Assembly: GCA_051008935.1 (NCBI GenBank) | Contig: JBPCXB010000066.1 | Span: forward strand, 50,649-114,648 | Direction of reading: 5' to 3' | DNA from: Gammaproteobacteria bacterium | Lineage (GTDB): Bacteria; Pseudomonadota; Gammaproteobacteria; JBPCXB01 | Length of the DNA: 64,000 nucleotides | Part shown: positions 29,577 through 39,443 of the stretch, piece by piece | Layout of the letters: every line of letters begins with the position of its first letter | Position numbering within the stretch: the first letter of the stretch is position 1 | Notes under the pieces: model-generated | Database searches by the model: none | Seen by the model: the letters and a program-made list of their open reading frames with translations, nothing else | What the model was told of the DNA's origin: nothing | Position numbers and translations under genes: made by a program

Positions 29577-29640
29577 TATTGCCCCGTATCGCAAAGACTC
29601 GCCTACGCCTCTCTCGACCGGATTAAACGTAAAAAAACGC

Positions 29641-29790
29641 TATGACTCCAAATACTTCAGACAGCAAAGAACACTCCCACGACACGCCCTCGGCAAATTT
29701 GCAGGCACAGGATTCCAAAGCGGATGCTCTGGCCGCCCTGGCTATTCTTCTGGTGCTGGTTGTCGTGTGCTTTTACTGGGCAATCAGCTA
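29641..29790 (+). CDS. possible small membrane protein (49 aa), not in ORF track because it is below the length cutoff
   Basis: ATG...TAA ORF encoding MTPNTSDSKEHSHDTPSANLQAQDSKADALAALAILLVLVVVCFYWAIS. Polar N-terminus plus one TM helix. No strong Shine-Dalgarno. Confidence 0.2.
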
Positions 29791-29892
29791 ATTTCAATCT
29801 GCCTATATAGCGCCAAGCCGCTATTGTAGCCTTTAATCTGTTATTTTCAGGCAAACGCCTAGACTGCCCTCAGCTCGGATCGATCATCAAAC

Positions 29893-31248
29893 ATGGTGCA
29901 ACTAAACCCGTTCTTTAAACCTAGAACAATCAAAAAGCTTAAAGGCCTCAAACGACAGCTAAAGGTCAGCTTGACTGCGCCTGAGTTGCAATCCAGCATT
30001 GACCAGTATTTGAAAAGCAAGCAACGCAGTTCCAAAGTAGCTGGCTTTCGAGCTGGTAAGGCGCCCATGGCAATGATCCGGCGCACCTATGGGGATGATG
30101 CGCAGATGCAGGGTATTTTTGATCTGGCGCAGAAAGCGTGTCAGCAGGTATTACAGGAACAAGATTTGGATCTAGCCAGCCGGCTTGAAATTGTGGATAT
30201 CTCCCCATACGATGGGAAGAAGGATGTGCTGGTGACCGTTGGCTTTGAAGTGTACCCTCAGGTCAAGCTGGCGCCTTTGCAAAAACTGAGTTTGGTCCGT
30301 CAAATAGCAGACATTGGGCTCGAAAAAATCGATGCAGAAATCGCTCTTTGGAGTGAAAGACCTTTGGGTTATGTGCCGCGACCACAGGAAGAATCTGCAC
30401 AGGATAAAGATCGGCTCCATTTGGAGATGCAACAGCCAACAGAGCATCAGGAGGCTGAGCCTGAGAAGAGTTACGCTTTAGTAGGAGCAGGTCGATTCCC
30501 TGCCGAGGTGGAAGCCAGTTTTATAGGAGTTTGTGCTGGTGATACCAAAACGGTTACCGTGCCGACTGCTGATCCGGATGCTACTGCCGCAACTACATAC
30601 TCCTACAAGGTGCTGGAAATCGCAAAGCCCCAATACCCTGATCTGGAGCAAGTGGCGGAAATGCTGAAAGGGTCAAATGCAGAACAGGATGCGGACGGGA
30701 GCAGCAATTCGCAAGCGCCGGCCGATTCGCAAGAAGCAGAACCCACTGAGATTCTACGCAAGCACTTTAGAGAAATGTTAGAACAGCAGGCGCATTCCAA
30801 GACGACTCAGAAATTGAAGCACGATGTTTTTGATGCTTTCAGGAATGCCAATAAAAAAGTTGAATGCCCAGAAGGGCTGATTGCCTCTGAGCAGGACCGA
30901 TTGAAAGAATCGGCAAGCCAGAATATGAAGGTTGAGGCAGCCGACTTACCGAGTAAGGTCATTACAGAGCTTGAGGAGCAGGCGCAAAAAAATGTGCACC
31001 TGTCGATTTTGCTGCGGGCGTTGTCGCAACTAGAAGATCTGGCACCAGCTCAGGAGCACATTCACGCTATCGTAGAGCAGGATAGTCACCGCTACGCACC
31101 GCAGCAACAAGAGTTCCGTCAATGGGCTCTAGAAAATGAAGATTACATGAGCCAAGTGCGGGCGCGTGCTTTTGAAGAAAAGGCATTTAACTATATTTTG
31201 GAGCAGGCGCAAGTCAAAGAGGAACGCGTGCCCTGGGATCAAATATAG
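29893..31248 (+). CDS. tig: trigger factor
   Basis: GFRAGKAPM ribosome-binding signature region, central PPIase-like segment, and the conserved position upstream of clpP-clpX-lon. The N- and C-termini are divergent. Confidence 0.85.
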   Translation: MVQLNPFFKPRTIKKLKGLKRQLKVSLTAPELQSSIDQYLKSKQRSSKVAGFRAGKAPMAMIRRTYGDDAQMQGIFDLAQKACQQVLQEQDLDLASRLEIVDISPYDGKKDVLVTVGFEVYPQVKLAPLQKLSLVRQIADIGLEKIDAEIALWSERPLGYVPRPQEESAQDKDRLHLEMQQPTEHQEAEPEKSYALVGAGRFPAEVEASFIGVCAGDTKTVTVPTADPDATAATTYSYKVLEIAKPQYPDLEQVAEMLKGSNAEQDADGSSNSQAPADSQEAEPTEILRKHFREMLEQQAHSKTTQKLKHDVFDAFRNANKKVECPEGLIASEQDRLKESASQNMKVEAADLPSKVITELEEQAQKNVHLSILLRALSQLEDLAPAQEHIHAIVEQDSHRYAPQQQEFRQWALENEDYMSQVRARAFEEKAFNYILEQAQVKEERVPWDQI

Positions 31249-31423
31249 CGCGATCGATGCTAGCCTTTATACAGAGTGGGATCAAGAGTAAACTAAGAAT
31301 TGAGAGCACGGCGCAGAAACTGTCTCAGTTTTCAAGGCCAAAGCAATTGCAGAAAGTAATTGCAGCAAAAATGCTCTCCAAAGCCCAATCCCAAGCAATA
31401 CCGAACCGAGAGTCAGGCGTACC

Positions 31424-32032
31424 GTGTTGAATTCCACCTTAGTCCCCATGGTCGTAGAGCAGACCGCCAGAGGAGAGCGCGCCTATGACATCTATTCGCG
31501 TCTTCTCAAAGAGCATGTGGTCTTCCTGGTAGGCCCTATAGACGATTACATGGCGAATCTTCTGGTAGCCCAGATGCTCTTTCTGGAGGCTGAAAATCCG
31601 GAGAAGGATATCAACCTGTATATCAATTCTCCTGGCGGCTCCGTGACCTCGGCTTTTGCGATCTACGATACCATGCAGTTCATCCGCCCTAAAGTTGCTA
31701 CCCTGTGTATTGGGCAGGCTGCAAGTGCTGGTGCTTTACTACTTGCAGGCGGTGCCGCAGGCTCCAGAGCTGCTTTGCCGAATTCACGTATCATGATTCA
31801 TCAGCCGCACGGGGGGGCTCAGGGTCAAGCCAGTGACATTGAGATACAGGCGCGTGAAATTCTTTCGGCGAGGACCAGGATTAATGGCTTGCTCGCTCAC
31901 CACACGGGCCGCACAGTCGAACAGATTGCCGCGGATTCGGACAGAGATTATTTCATCAATTCGCAGGACGCTGTCCAATACGGGTTGATCGATAAAGTGC
32001 TGGCTGAGCGGGACCCGATAGGCCAAACCTGA
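31424..32032 (+). CDS. clpP: ATP-dependent Clp protease proteolytic subunit
   Basis: The [23 protein letters not shown] and catalytic GQAASAGA motifs. Confidence 0.95.
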   Translation: MLNSTLVPMVVEQTARGERAYDIYSRLLKEHVVFLVGPIDDYMANLLVAQMLFLEAENPEKDINLYINSPGGSVTSAFAIYDTMQFIRPKVATLCIGQAASAGALLLAGGAAGSRAALPNSRIMIHQPHGGAQGQASDIEIQAREILSARTRINGLLAHHTGRTVEQIAADSDRDYFINSQDAVQYGLIDKVLAERDPIGQT

Positions 32033-32183
32033 CGCCTATGACAGCTTGTGCAGTTGCAACAGGCTTATAAAATGCTAATATTGGAAAGAGAAGCTCCTTA
32101 GAATTCTGGGTGACGTGGCTATGACTAATCTAATAGTAGCGGATCCCTTTCTATTTAAATCCCCTCTCGGAGAGAGATAACTA

Positions 32184-33452
32184 ATGATTGAAAGGAATAC
32201 CAGTTGCTCATTCTGTGGCAAGACGCAGACCGAGGTCACCAAGCTGATAGCTGGCGCCGATGCCTACATTTGTGATGGGTGTGTGGCGTTATGCACAGAT
32301 ATCATCAAAGAAGGTGAAGCAGAGAAATCTGCTGATTCAGGCGCTCATGACTGGCCTCGTCCGAAAGAAATCAAAGAACGCTTGGACCAATACATCATCG
32401 GCCAAGAAGGTGCAAAAATTGCTCTTTCTGTCGCAGTGTACAACCACTACAAACGTTTGAGTGTGACAGACGGAAAGCGGCAGATTAGAGAGGATCACGT
32501 CGAATTTCAAAAAAGCAATGTGTTGCTTCTGGGGCCTACGGGATCGGGCAAAACGCTTTTAGCTCAGATTTTGGCAAAAATTCTGGATGTGCCTTTTGCT
32601 ATTGCAGATGCGACCACGCTTACTGAGGCTGGGTATGTAGGTGAAGACGTTGAGAATATTATCCAGCGGTTGCTCCAGTGCTGTGACTACAAGGTTGAAA
32701 AGGCGCAAATTGGCATTATCTATATCGATGAGCTGGATAAAATTTCGCGCAAATCAGATAACCCGTCTATTACCCGAGATGTGTCTGGAGAAGGCGTACA
32801 ACAAGCTCTTCTAAAGCTGATAGAAGGCTCAGTAGTGTCAGTGCCGCCACAAGGTGGCCGCAAGCATCCGCATCAAGACTTCTTGCAAGTGGACACCTCG
32901 AATATTCTGTTCATTACCGGTGGCGCTTTTGTATCACTTGAGAATATTGTGCGCCAACGTACCGAGAAAACAGGGATGGGGTTCAACGTGCCTTTACGTG
33001 AGAACAGAGATGATCAGCCCTCTGGCCTTTTGGCTCAAGTAGAGACCAGCGACCTGATCCGCTTTGGCTTGATACCTGAATTAGTAGGGCGCTTGCCAGT
33101 GATCACCGCATTGAACGAATTGGATGAAGAATCGCTGATCAGAATCCTGATAGAACCTAAAAACTCTCTGGTTCGCCAATACAAAGAGCTGTTTAAGATG
33201 GATAACATCGATCTTGAGATCCGCCCTGATGCGCTCAAAGCCATTGCCAAAAAAGCCATCGCCAAGAAAATCGGGGCTCGTGGCTTACGTTCTATCATGG
33301 AGAACGCGCTGTTGAATCTGATGTACGAGGTACCCACAATCGACAATCTCAATCAGGTTATCATCGATGCAGATGTGATTGAAGGCAATAACGAACCGCT
33401 GAAAGTATTTGGCGAAAACACGAGGCCTGAGCAACAGCAGGCTGAGGCTTGA
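32184..33452 (+). CDS. clpX: ATP-dependent Clp protease ATP-binding subunit ClpX
   Basis: N-terminal zinc-binding CSFCGK...CDGC motif and AAA+ Walker A GPTGSGKT. Confidence 0.95.
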   Translation: MIERNTSCSFCGKTQTEVTKLIAGADAYICDGCVALCTDIIKEGEAEKSADSGAHDWPRPKEIKERLDQYIIGQEGAKIALSVAVYNHYKRLSVTDGKRQIREDHVEFQKSNVLLLGPTGSGKTLLAQILAKILDVPFAIADATTLTEAGYVGEDVENIIQRLLQCCDYKVEKAQIGIIYIDELDKISRKSDNPSITRDVSGEGVQQALLKLIEGSVVSVPPQGGRKHPHQDFLQVDTSNILFITGGAFVSLENIVRQRTEKTGMGFNVPLRENRDDQPSGLLAQVETSDLIRFGLIPELVGRLPVITALNELDEESLIRILIEPKNSLVRQYKELFKMDNIDLEIRPDALKAIAKKAIAKKIGARGLRSIMENALLNLMYEVPTIDNLNQVIIDADVIEGNNEPLKVFGENTRPEQQQAEA

Positions 33453-33506
33453 GTCCATACCGGCAGATCCGCACCAAGATTTGGTGCAGCAAGTCACCTG
33501 CGGGTG

Positions 33507-33535
33507 CTTGTTCTTGGAAGGTGTTGCCCCCACAT
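33507..33535 (+). promoter_or_regulatory. candidate sigma-32 (heat-shock) promoter for lon
   Basis: CTTGTT...(about 15 nt)...CCCCACAT upstream of the lon start resembles the CTTGAAA-N13-15-CCCCATNT consensus. Confidence 0.3.
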
Positions 33536-33568
33536 TAAGGGGTATAGATTTCAAAGAGGCATGAGTGT

Positions 33569-36091
33569 ATGTCTGACCAAGATTCTAACAGTGCGGACAG
33601 TGGCGTAGCTGACGAGACCGGCTTGACAAAGCTAGTATTACCGGTATTGCCTCTGCGCGATATGATGGTATTGCCTCATTCCGAAGCGTCTTTGCTCGTC
33701 GGGCGTTCAGCTTCCCTCCGAACGGTGGAAATTGCTCAAGAAGCAGATTCCCAGATTGTGATTCTGGCTCAACAAAATCCTTCCGAAGAACAGGTCACCC
33801 CGGGCAATCTGTATGCCTATGGGTCAGAAGCGACTATCTCTGAGGTGCTGAAGTTACCAGACCAAGCGGCCAAAATACAGATTAAAGCTGGCAAGTTGGT
33901 TAAAGCGACATCCTTTGAAACCCGTGGAGGCTGTTTGTACGCGGTTCTGGATGTAGTCCCTTCGCTTGCTATTGAGCCCGAAGATGAAAAGCGCTACCTC
34001 TCGGTTATAAAGCAACAGTTCGTGGAACTGATGAAAAAAACGGGCCTGAAGCTTTCGCGCGAGACTGTAGGAGAGATCGAGAAGTGTCTGACCCTGGAGC
34101 CACTGCTCTATATTTTGATGCGCACGCTGTCAATTCCTTTGGCGGAAATCCAAGAGAATCTAGCTTCTGATTCTCTTATTGATCGTGCCGAGACAATCAT
34201 GCGGCTGCTCGAAGAGCGCATCGAAACCAGTAGCTTGGACCGCAAGCTGCGCCGTCGCATCAAAAATCAGATAGAGAAGAACCAGCGGGAATACTTTCTC
34301 AGTGAGCAGATCAAAGCTGCACAGAAAGAACTGAGTCATCAGGAAGGCGACGAAGATGAGTTGACCGAACTGCGTAAGCAGGTTGAAGCAGCTCGCATGC
34401 CAAAAGCTGCACATAAAAAAGCGATGGGCGAAATCAAAAAATTGGAGATGATGTCGCCGCTTTCGGCCGAAGCTTCGGTTATTCGTAACTATCTGTCTTG
34501 GATGATATCGTTGCCGTGGCATAAAACATCCAAGACTCAGAAAAATCTGAGCAAAGCAGCGTCCATTTTGGATCAAGATCACTATGGATTGGACGACGTT
34601 AAAGAACGGATCCTGGAATACCTAGCTGTTCAGATGCGCACCGATCAGGCGCAAAGTAGCATATTGTGTTTGGTGGGTCCGCCCGGTGTTGGTAAAACAT
34701 CTCTGGGCAAATCTATTGCAGCTGCTACCAATAGAGAATTTATCCACATGGCTTTGGGGGGCATGCGTGATGAGGCGGAAATCAGAGGGCACAGACGTAC
34801 TTATATTGGTGCTATGCCCGGCCGCATCATTCAAAGGATGGCTAAAGCGGGTACAGTCAATCCTCTGTTTCTATTGGATGAGCTGGATAAGATAGGCATG
34901 GATTATCGCGGTGATCCGGCTGCAGCTCTGTTGGAAGTTCTGGATCCAGAGCAGAATCAAGCGTTCAGCGATCACTTCTTAGAATCAGAATACAACCTCT
35001 CTTCCGTTATGTTTGTCTGTACGGCAAATACCCTGAACATTCCACCTGCTCTGTTAGACCGTTTGGAAATTGTAGAGATAGCAGGCTATACCGAAGAAGA
35101 GAAGCTTCACATTGCCGTCTCGCACTTGCTGCCCAAACAATTGAAGCGGAGCGGTCTGGTGCCAGATGAGCTGACTTTGGGTGAAGACAGTATTAAGAAA
35201 GTGATTGAGAGTTACACGCGAGAAGCAGGGGTGAGGCAATTAGAGCGTCGTTTGGGTCGGATTGCTAGACGGACCGTGCTCAATCATCTGAGAGCTAGCA
35301 CAACAGCCTCCGAAGGAGAAACCGGCCAGAAAGATACAGCCAAAGTACTGCAGAAGACCCAAATCGAACCCGATCAAGTGGTAGATTATCTCGGCGTTGA
35401 AGAGTTTCATCGCGAGGGCATGGCATCTGTGGATCAAGTCGGGCAGGTGACAGGTTTGGCCTGGACTTCGGCCGGGGGCGAAATATTGACTATAGAAGCG
35501 ATTGCTATACAAGGAGGGAGCGGTAAAGTCATCAAGACGGGCTCCTTGGGTGATGTGATGCAAGAATCCGTACATGCGGCGCTATCTGTTGTTCGCAAGC
35601 ATGTATTAAATATGGAAGTGGCTCAGGGCTACCCGGACAAGTGTGATATCCATTTACACATTCCATCGGGTGCGACACCCAAAGACGGTCCCAGTGCAGG
35701 GGTAGGCATCACTGTAGCTGTCATGTCCGCACTGACTGGCATGACAGTGTCTAAAGATATCGCCATGACAGGAGAGATCACCTTGCGAGGAGAAGTGCTT
35801 CGTATAGGTGCCCTGAAAGAAAAATTACTTGCTGCAAGGCGGCATGGCATGAAAAAAGTACTCATCCCGGCAGATAACGTCGCTGGGTTGAGCGAGATCT
35901 CAGAACATGTCAAAGAGGCTTTGGAAGTTATCCCAGTGCACTCTATTAATGAGGTGTGGAGCCATGTTTTCACACAAGCAACGCCTCAGCAGATTGCCGT
36001 TTTGAAGGAGTCCCAAGATCAGCAAATGGAAAAATATACGCTGCGGCCAGATTCCGGCAGCCAAGGTCGCGCATCTTCTTTGCCTAATTAA
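33569..36091 (+). CDS. lon: Lon protease
   Basis: 840 aa with a Lon N-domain, AAA+ GPPGVGKTS and a C-terminal PKDGPSAG serine-protease motif. Confidence 0.95.
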   Translation: MSDQDSNSADSGVADETGLTKLVLPVLPLRDMMVLPHSEASLLVGRSASLRTVEIAQEADSQIVILAQQNPSEEQVTPGNLYAYGSEATISEVLKLPDQAAKIQIKAGKLVKATSFETRGGCLYAVLDVVPSLAIEPEDEKRYLSVIKQQFVELMKKTGLKLSRETVGEIEKCLTLEPLLYILMRTLSIPLAEIQENLASDSLIDRAETIMRLLEERIETSSLDRKLRRRIKNQIEKNQREYFLSEQIKAAQKELSHQEGDEDELTELRKQVEAARMPKAAHKKAMGEIKKLEMMSPLSAEASVIRNYLSWMISLPWHKTSKTQKNLSKAASILDQDHYGLDDVKERILEYLAVQMRTDQAQSSILCLVGPPGVGKTSLGKSIAAATNREFIHMALGGMRDEAEIRGHRRTYIGAMPGRIIQRMAKAGTVNPLFLLDELDKIGMDYRGDPAAALLEVLDPEQNQAFSDHFLESEYNLSSVMFVCTANTLNIPPALLDRLEIVEIAGYTEEEKLHIAVSHLLPKQLKRSGLVPDELTLGEDSIKKVIESYTREAGVRQLERRLGRIARRTVLNHLRASTTASEGETGQKDTAKVLQKTQIEPDQVVDYLGVEEFHREGMASVDQVGQVTGLAWTSAGGEILTIEAIAIQGGSGKVIKTGSLGDVMQESVHAALSVVRKHVLNMEVAQGYPDKCDIHLHIPSGATPKDGPSAGVGITVAVMSALTGMTVSKDIAMTGEITLRGEVLRIGALKEKLLAARRHGMKKVLIPADNVAGLSEISEHVKEALEVIPVHSINEVWSHVFTQATPQQIAVLKESQDQQMEKYTLRPDSGSQGRASSLPN

Positions 36092-36274
36092 GCTTGACAG
36101 AGCGCGATTCTTTCATACAATGAGATACCGAGAAGCGGGGAATAGAGGGAGTTCTATTTTTTGTTCTCAGCTTAGATGCTTCAGGCGGAATTTTGAAAAA
36201 CCTGTTAGCATATAAGTAAGTTTAGATCGCTTTTTTTATCTCATCATTATCCTTGACCCACACGGGAGAAAATT

Positions 36275-36553
36275 ATGAACAAATCAGACTTGATTGATGC
36301 TATGCAACAAGAATCTGGCCTCACCAAAGTAGACGTTGGAAAAGCACTAGATGCTTTTATCAAGTCAGTTTCTGGAGCCCTGTCAAAAGGAGACTCTGTG
36401 GTATTGACAGGATTTGGCTCTTTTGTTGTACGCCATCGCGCTGCCCGTATGGGGATTAATCCACGTGATACCAGCACGAAGATTAGCATTCCTGCAGCCA
36501 ACGTGCCCGCCTTCAAAGCAGGCAAACAGCTGAAAGAAGCCGTCAAGTCATAG
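36275..36553 (+). CDS. hupB: DNA-binding protein HU
   Basis: 92-aa product MNKSDLIDAM...GFGSF...RNPRT-like HU signature. Canonical position after lon. Confidence 0.9.
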   Translation: MNKSDLIDAMQQESGLTKVDVGKALDAFIKSVSGALSKGDSVVLTGFGSFVVRHRAARMGINPRDTSTKISIPAANVPAFKAGKQLKEAVKS

Positions 36554-36570
36554 CTGACTTTCTTTCTTTT

Positions 36571-36611
36571 AGTGCCTCTGCCGCCTTTGGGCGCAGAGGC
36601 ACTACTCTTTT
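36571..36611 (+). terminator. rho-independent terminator after hupB
   Basis: gtgcctctgc...gcagaggcac is a perfect 10-bp GC-rich inverted repeat followed by tactctttt. Confidence 0.55.
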
Positions 36612-36685
36612 AAATAGAGAGCAGGGTGCCCCAACCCTTGATTTAGAATTAAACGAACTTTCTATTCATGGCTTGAGATAGACCT

Positions 36686-38557
36686 TTGATTCGAGATTTA
36701 CGCAAGAGCATACAGGGACCAGTTGGTAAAGTACTGGTGGTTTTATTCTGTATCCCTTTTATGCTATTTGGTGCAGAAGCATTTCTGGCCGGGGGTTTCG
36801 CTACCGATAAAGTGGGTGAGATTAACGGCGAACCCGTGTATCAATACCAGTATGAGAGTTTGTTTGGCCGTATTGCGCAAGAATTCTCGGATAGCACGGA
36901 GATTACCGGAAGCGAATTGCGCGAATTCACAGAAAATAATCTGGTACAGGCAGCGGTTTTTCGTCAATGGGGACAGAATATTGGCGTTGAATTGCCAGAA
37001 TCGCAGCTCGATAATTTAGTGCGCGCTCAAGCAGAATTTCAGCGTTCTGGGCAGTTTGATCCACAGCGATATGCCACTTTTGCTCGAGAACTCGGCCTCA
37101 CACAAGCCTCGCTGCGGTCTGTTTTGGCTCAAGACCAGCTTTTCCAGCAGTTGGGTCAAGGCTTTCCTCGGGGTATGCAGGGGGCAAATGGCGAAACTTT
37201 ACTGTACCTGTGGCGCCAGAAGCGAGAAGTTAGTTATCTGCGGATATACGAGAAAGACTATATCCCTGCACAGCTCTCAGAAGAAGAGCTGGAAACTTTT
37301 TACTCCGACCATGCTGAATTGTTTTTTCTCCCAGAAGAAGTTGACTTGAAGGTTGTTGTACTGAGTACAGAGGAACTAGAGCGTCGCGCTGCCGAATTTG
37401 TTGAGGAAGAACAAGTACTGGCTGCTTATCAAGCATATCTTGAGGCTCAGACCAGTATCGAGCGGCGTGCTGCCCATATTATGGTCGCTGAATTGGATCA
37501 GGCTCAAGAGCTGTACCGTCAGTTGCAACAAGGTGCGGATTTTGCTGCTCTTGCCAAAGAGCATTCACTGGATAGTTCGGCAGCAGCCGGAGGAGATGTC
37601 GGGTTTTCATCGGGAGATATTTTCCCCGAAGAATTTGAAGCTGCTCTGGCCATACTTGCGCTTGGTGCGTTCAGCGAACCTGTGGTAATAGGTGAAAACG
37701 TTCACTTGATTCAGTTGACGGATCTCATTGAAGCAGAAGCCGGCAGTTATGAAGACCGAGCAGTTGCATTGCGAGAAGAGCTAGAAGCGGTTCAGTTGGA
37801 GGAGCTAAAGCAACATATTCAGGATCAAGTAGAAGAGTTGGCATATTCAGCGACGGAAATAGAGGAAATTGCTACCGCCATTCAGACAGATGTCGCGGTC
37901 TTTGATGCTGTGCGCCCGGGGCAAAGTGGCCGCGGGATTGTGTCTTCACCCGAAATCCAAGCGATAGCCTTTTCTGAAGAATTGATTTCCGATTACTTTA
38001 TTTCAGCCCCATTACAACTGAACGACGGTGGGATTGCTCTGGTGCAACCAATTGCGTATCGTCCCCCTACACACCAAACTTTTGAGCAGGCACGCTCTCA
38101 GGTAGAGCAGCAGCTCAAGGAACTCAAAGCTCGGGAACAACTGGATGTATTGGCAATCAAGATCGATGAGGCTCTGACTCAGGGGCAATCTCTGAAAGAA
38201 ATAGCAGCAGAGCAGGGTATTGAAGAAGAAGTAGAGCGTATTACTCTGACGCGTTTCAGTGAGAACATTGCTGCAGAGGCTCGAGACGCCCTATTTGATT
38301 TGGAATCAGAACACCCTGGTACTTGGATACAAGTCCCTGTTGCAGGGGGGTTAGCTTGGGGCGTGCTCAAAAAAGCGTTCCGCACCCAGACAGACTATAA
38401 AACTGTTGAACAGCAAGCTTTTCTTGTTGAGCGCATTGAATCTCTGCGCTTCCAGTCGGTACTGGCATCTTTGATTGATGTATTAGAGCAGGATGCAGAC
38501 AGCTGGTTTAGAAGCTATGCAGATGACCCTGCTCAGACAGAAGCATTAGATCTCTGA
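36686..38557 (+). CDS. ppiD: periplasmic chaperone / peptidyl-prolyl isomerase PpiD
   Basis: N-terminal TM anchor (VLVVLFCIPFMLFGA) followed by SurA-like chaperone and parvulin-like domains. Conserved position after hupB. Confidence 0.85.
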   Translation: MIRDLRKSIQGPVGKVLVVLFCIPFMLFGAEAFLAGGFATDKVGEINGEPVYQYQYESLFGRIAQEFSDSTEITGSELREFTENNLVQAAVFRQWGQNIGVELPESQLDNLVRAQAEFQRSGQFDPQRYATFARELGLTQASLRSVLAQDQLFQQLGQGFPRGMQGANGETLLYLWRQKREVSYLRIYEKDYIPAQLSEEELETFYSDHAELFFLPEEVDLKVVVLSTEELERRAAEFVEEEQVLAAYQAYLEAQTSIERRAAHIMVAELDQAQELYRQLQQGADFAALAKEHSLDSSAAAGGDVGFSSGDIFPEEFEAALAILALGAFSEPVVIGENVHLIQLTDLIEAEAGSYEDRAVALREELEAVQLEELKQHIQDQVEELAYSATEIEEIATAIQTDVAVFDAVRPGQSGRGIVSSPEIQAIAFSEELISDYFISAPLQLNDGGIALVQPIAYRPPTHQTFEQARSQVEQQLKELKAREQLDVLAIKIDEALTQGQSLKEIAAEQGIEEEVERITLTRFSENIAAEARDALFDLESEHPGTWIQVPVAGGLAWGVLKKAFRTQTDYKTVEQQAFLVERIESLRFQSVLASLIDVLEQDADSWFRSYADDPAQTEALDL

Positions 38558-38569
38558 CATACAGATTTA

Positions 38570-39367
38570 CTATTCGACGTCTAGGCGGCTCATAGCTGTG
38601 CAATGGAAGCCTGAATCTACGTAGAGCGTTTCGCCAGTTATACCGCTCGACATGTTAGACAGCAAAAAGGCAGCCGTTTCTCCTACTTCTTCGGTACTGA
38701 CATTTCTGCGTAGCGGATTGCGACGCTCTGCATGAGCGAGCATTTTGCGAAAGCTTTTGACCCCAGAGGACGCCAAGGTTTTGATGGGGCCTGCAGAGAT
38801 GGAGTTGACTCGAATTTGTTGCTCTGGCCCCAGAGATTCAGCTAGATAGCGCACACTAGCTTCTAAGCCAGCTTTGGCTACTCCCATTACGTTATAGGAG
38901 GGAATGACTCTGATGGAGCCCAGATAAGTCATTGCAACAAGTGAACTGTTGGGCTTTAGGTAGGGGCGTGCCGCTCGAGCTAAAGCGACCATGCTGTAGG
39001 TGCTGATATCATGAGCAATGTGGAAGCCGTCTCTGGTGGTGACGTCACAGAAATCACCAGCAAGTAGGTTCTGAGGGGCGAACCCTATGGCATGTACAAA
39101 GCCATCCAGGCCGTCAGTCCAAGTTTTAGACAGTTCTGTGAATACTTGATTCACTTCTTCGTCTTGAGCAACGTCGCAGGGAAATAACAAGGGTTCTTGT
39201 CCCAGCTCTTCGGCCAGTTTAGCAACTCGGGGTTTGAGCCGGTCATTTTGATAAGTAAAAGCAAGCTGTGCGCCATATTTAGCACAGGATTTAGCGATAC
39301 CTGTAGCGATCGAGGATTGGTTGGCTACGCCAGTAATAAGAATTTTTTTATTTTCTAGGATTTGCAT
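38570..39367 (-). CDS. fabI: enoyl-[acyl-carrier-protein] reductase (NADH)
   Basis: [14 protein letters not shown]-terminus and SDR catalytic motifs typical of FabI. Confidence 0.9.
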   Translation of the reverse strand: MQILENKKILITGVANQSSIATGIAKSCAKYGAQLAFTYQNDRLKPRVAKLAEELGQEPLLFPCDVAQDEEVNQVFTELSKTWTDGLDGFVHAIGFAPQNLLAGDFCDVTTRDGFHIAHDISTYSMVALARAARPYLKPNSSLVAMTYLGSIRVIPSYNVMGVAKAGLEASVRYLAESLGPEQQIRVNSISAGPIKTLASSGVKSFRKMLAHAERRNPLRRNVSTEEVGETAAFLLSNMSSGITGETLYVDSGFHCTAMSRLDVE

Positions 39368-39443
39368 GTATATAAGATCCTTGAGTAACGGTTTCGGAGG
39401 TTATTTTGCACATTAAAGCGGGCATTGATTTCCATGATCTGTT

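Noticed and set aside
31424-32032. Apparent 1-nt frame inconsistency when hand-translating clpP near 31981
   Set aside because: The ORF track reports a continuous 202-aa ClpP with all catalytic motifs. I attribute the discrepancy to my manual indexing or line reading, not to a frameshifted pseudogene.
36247-36546. 99-aa ORF antisense to hupB
   Set aside because: Perfectly overlaps the highly conserved HU gene on the opposite strand, a typical antisense artefact.
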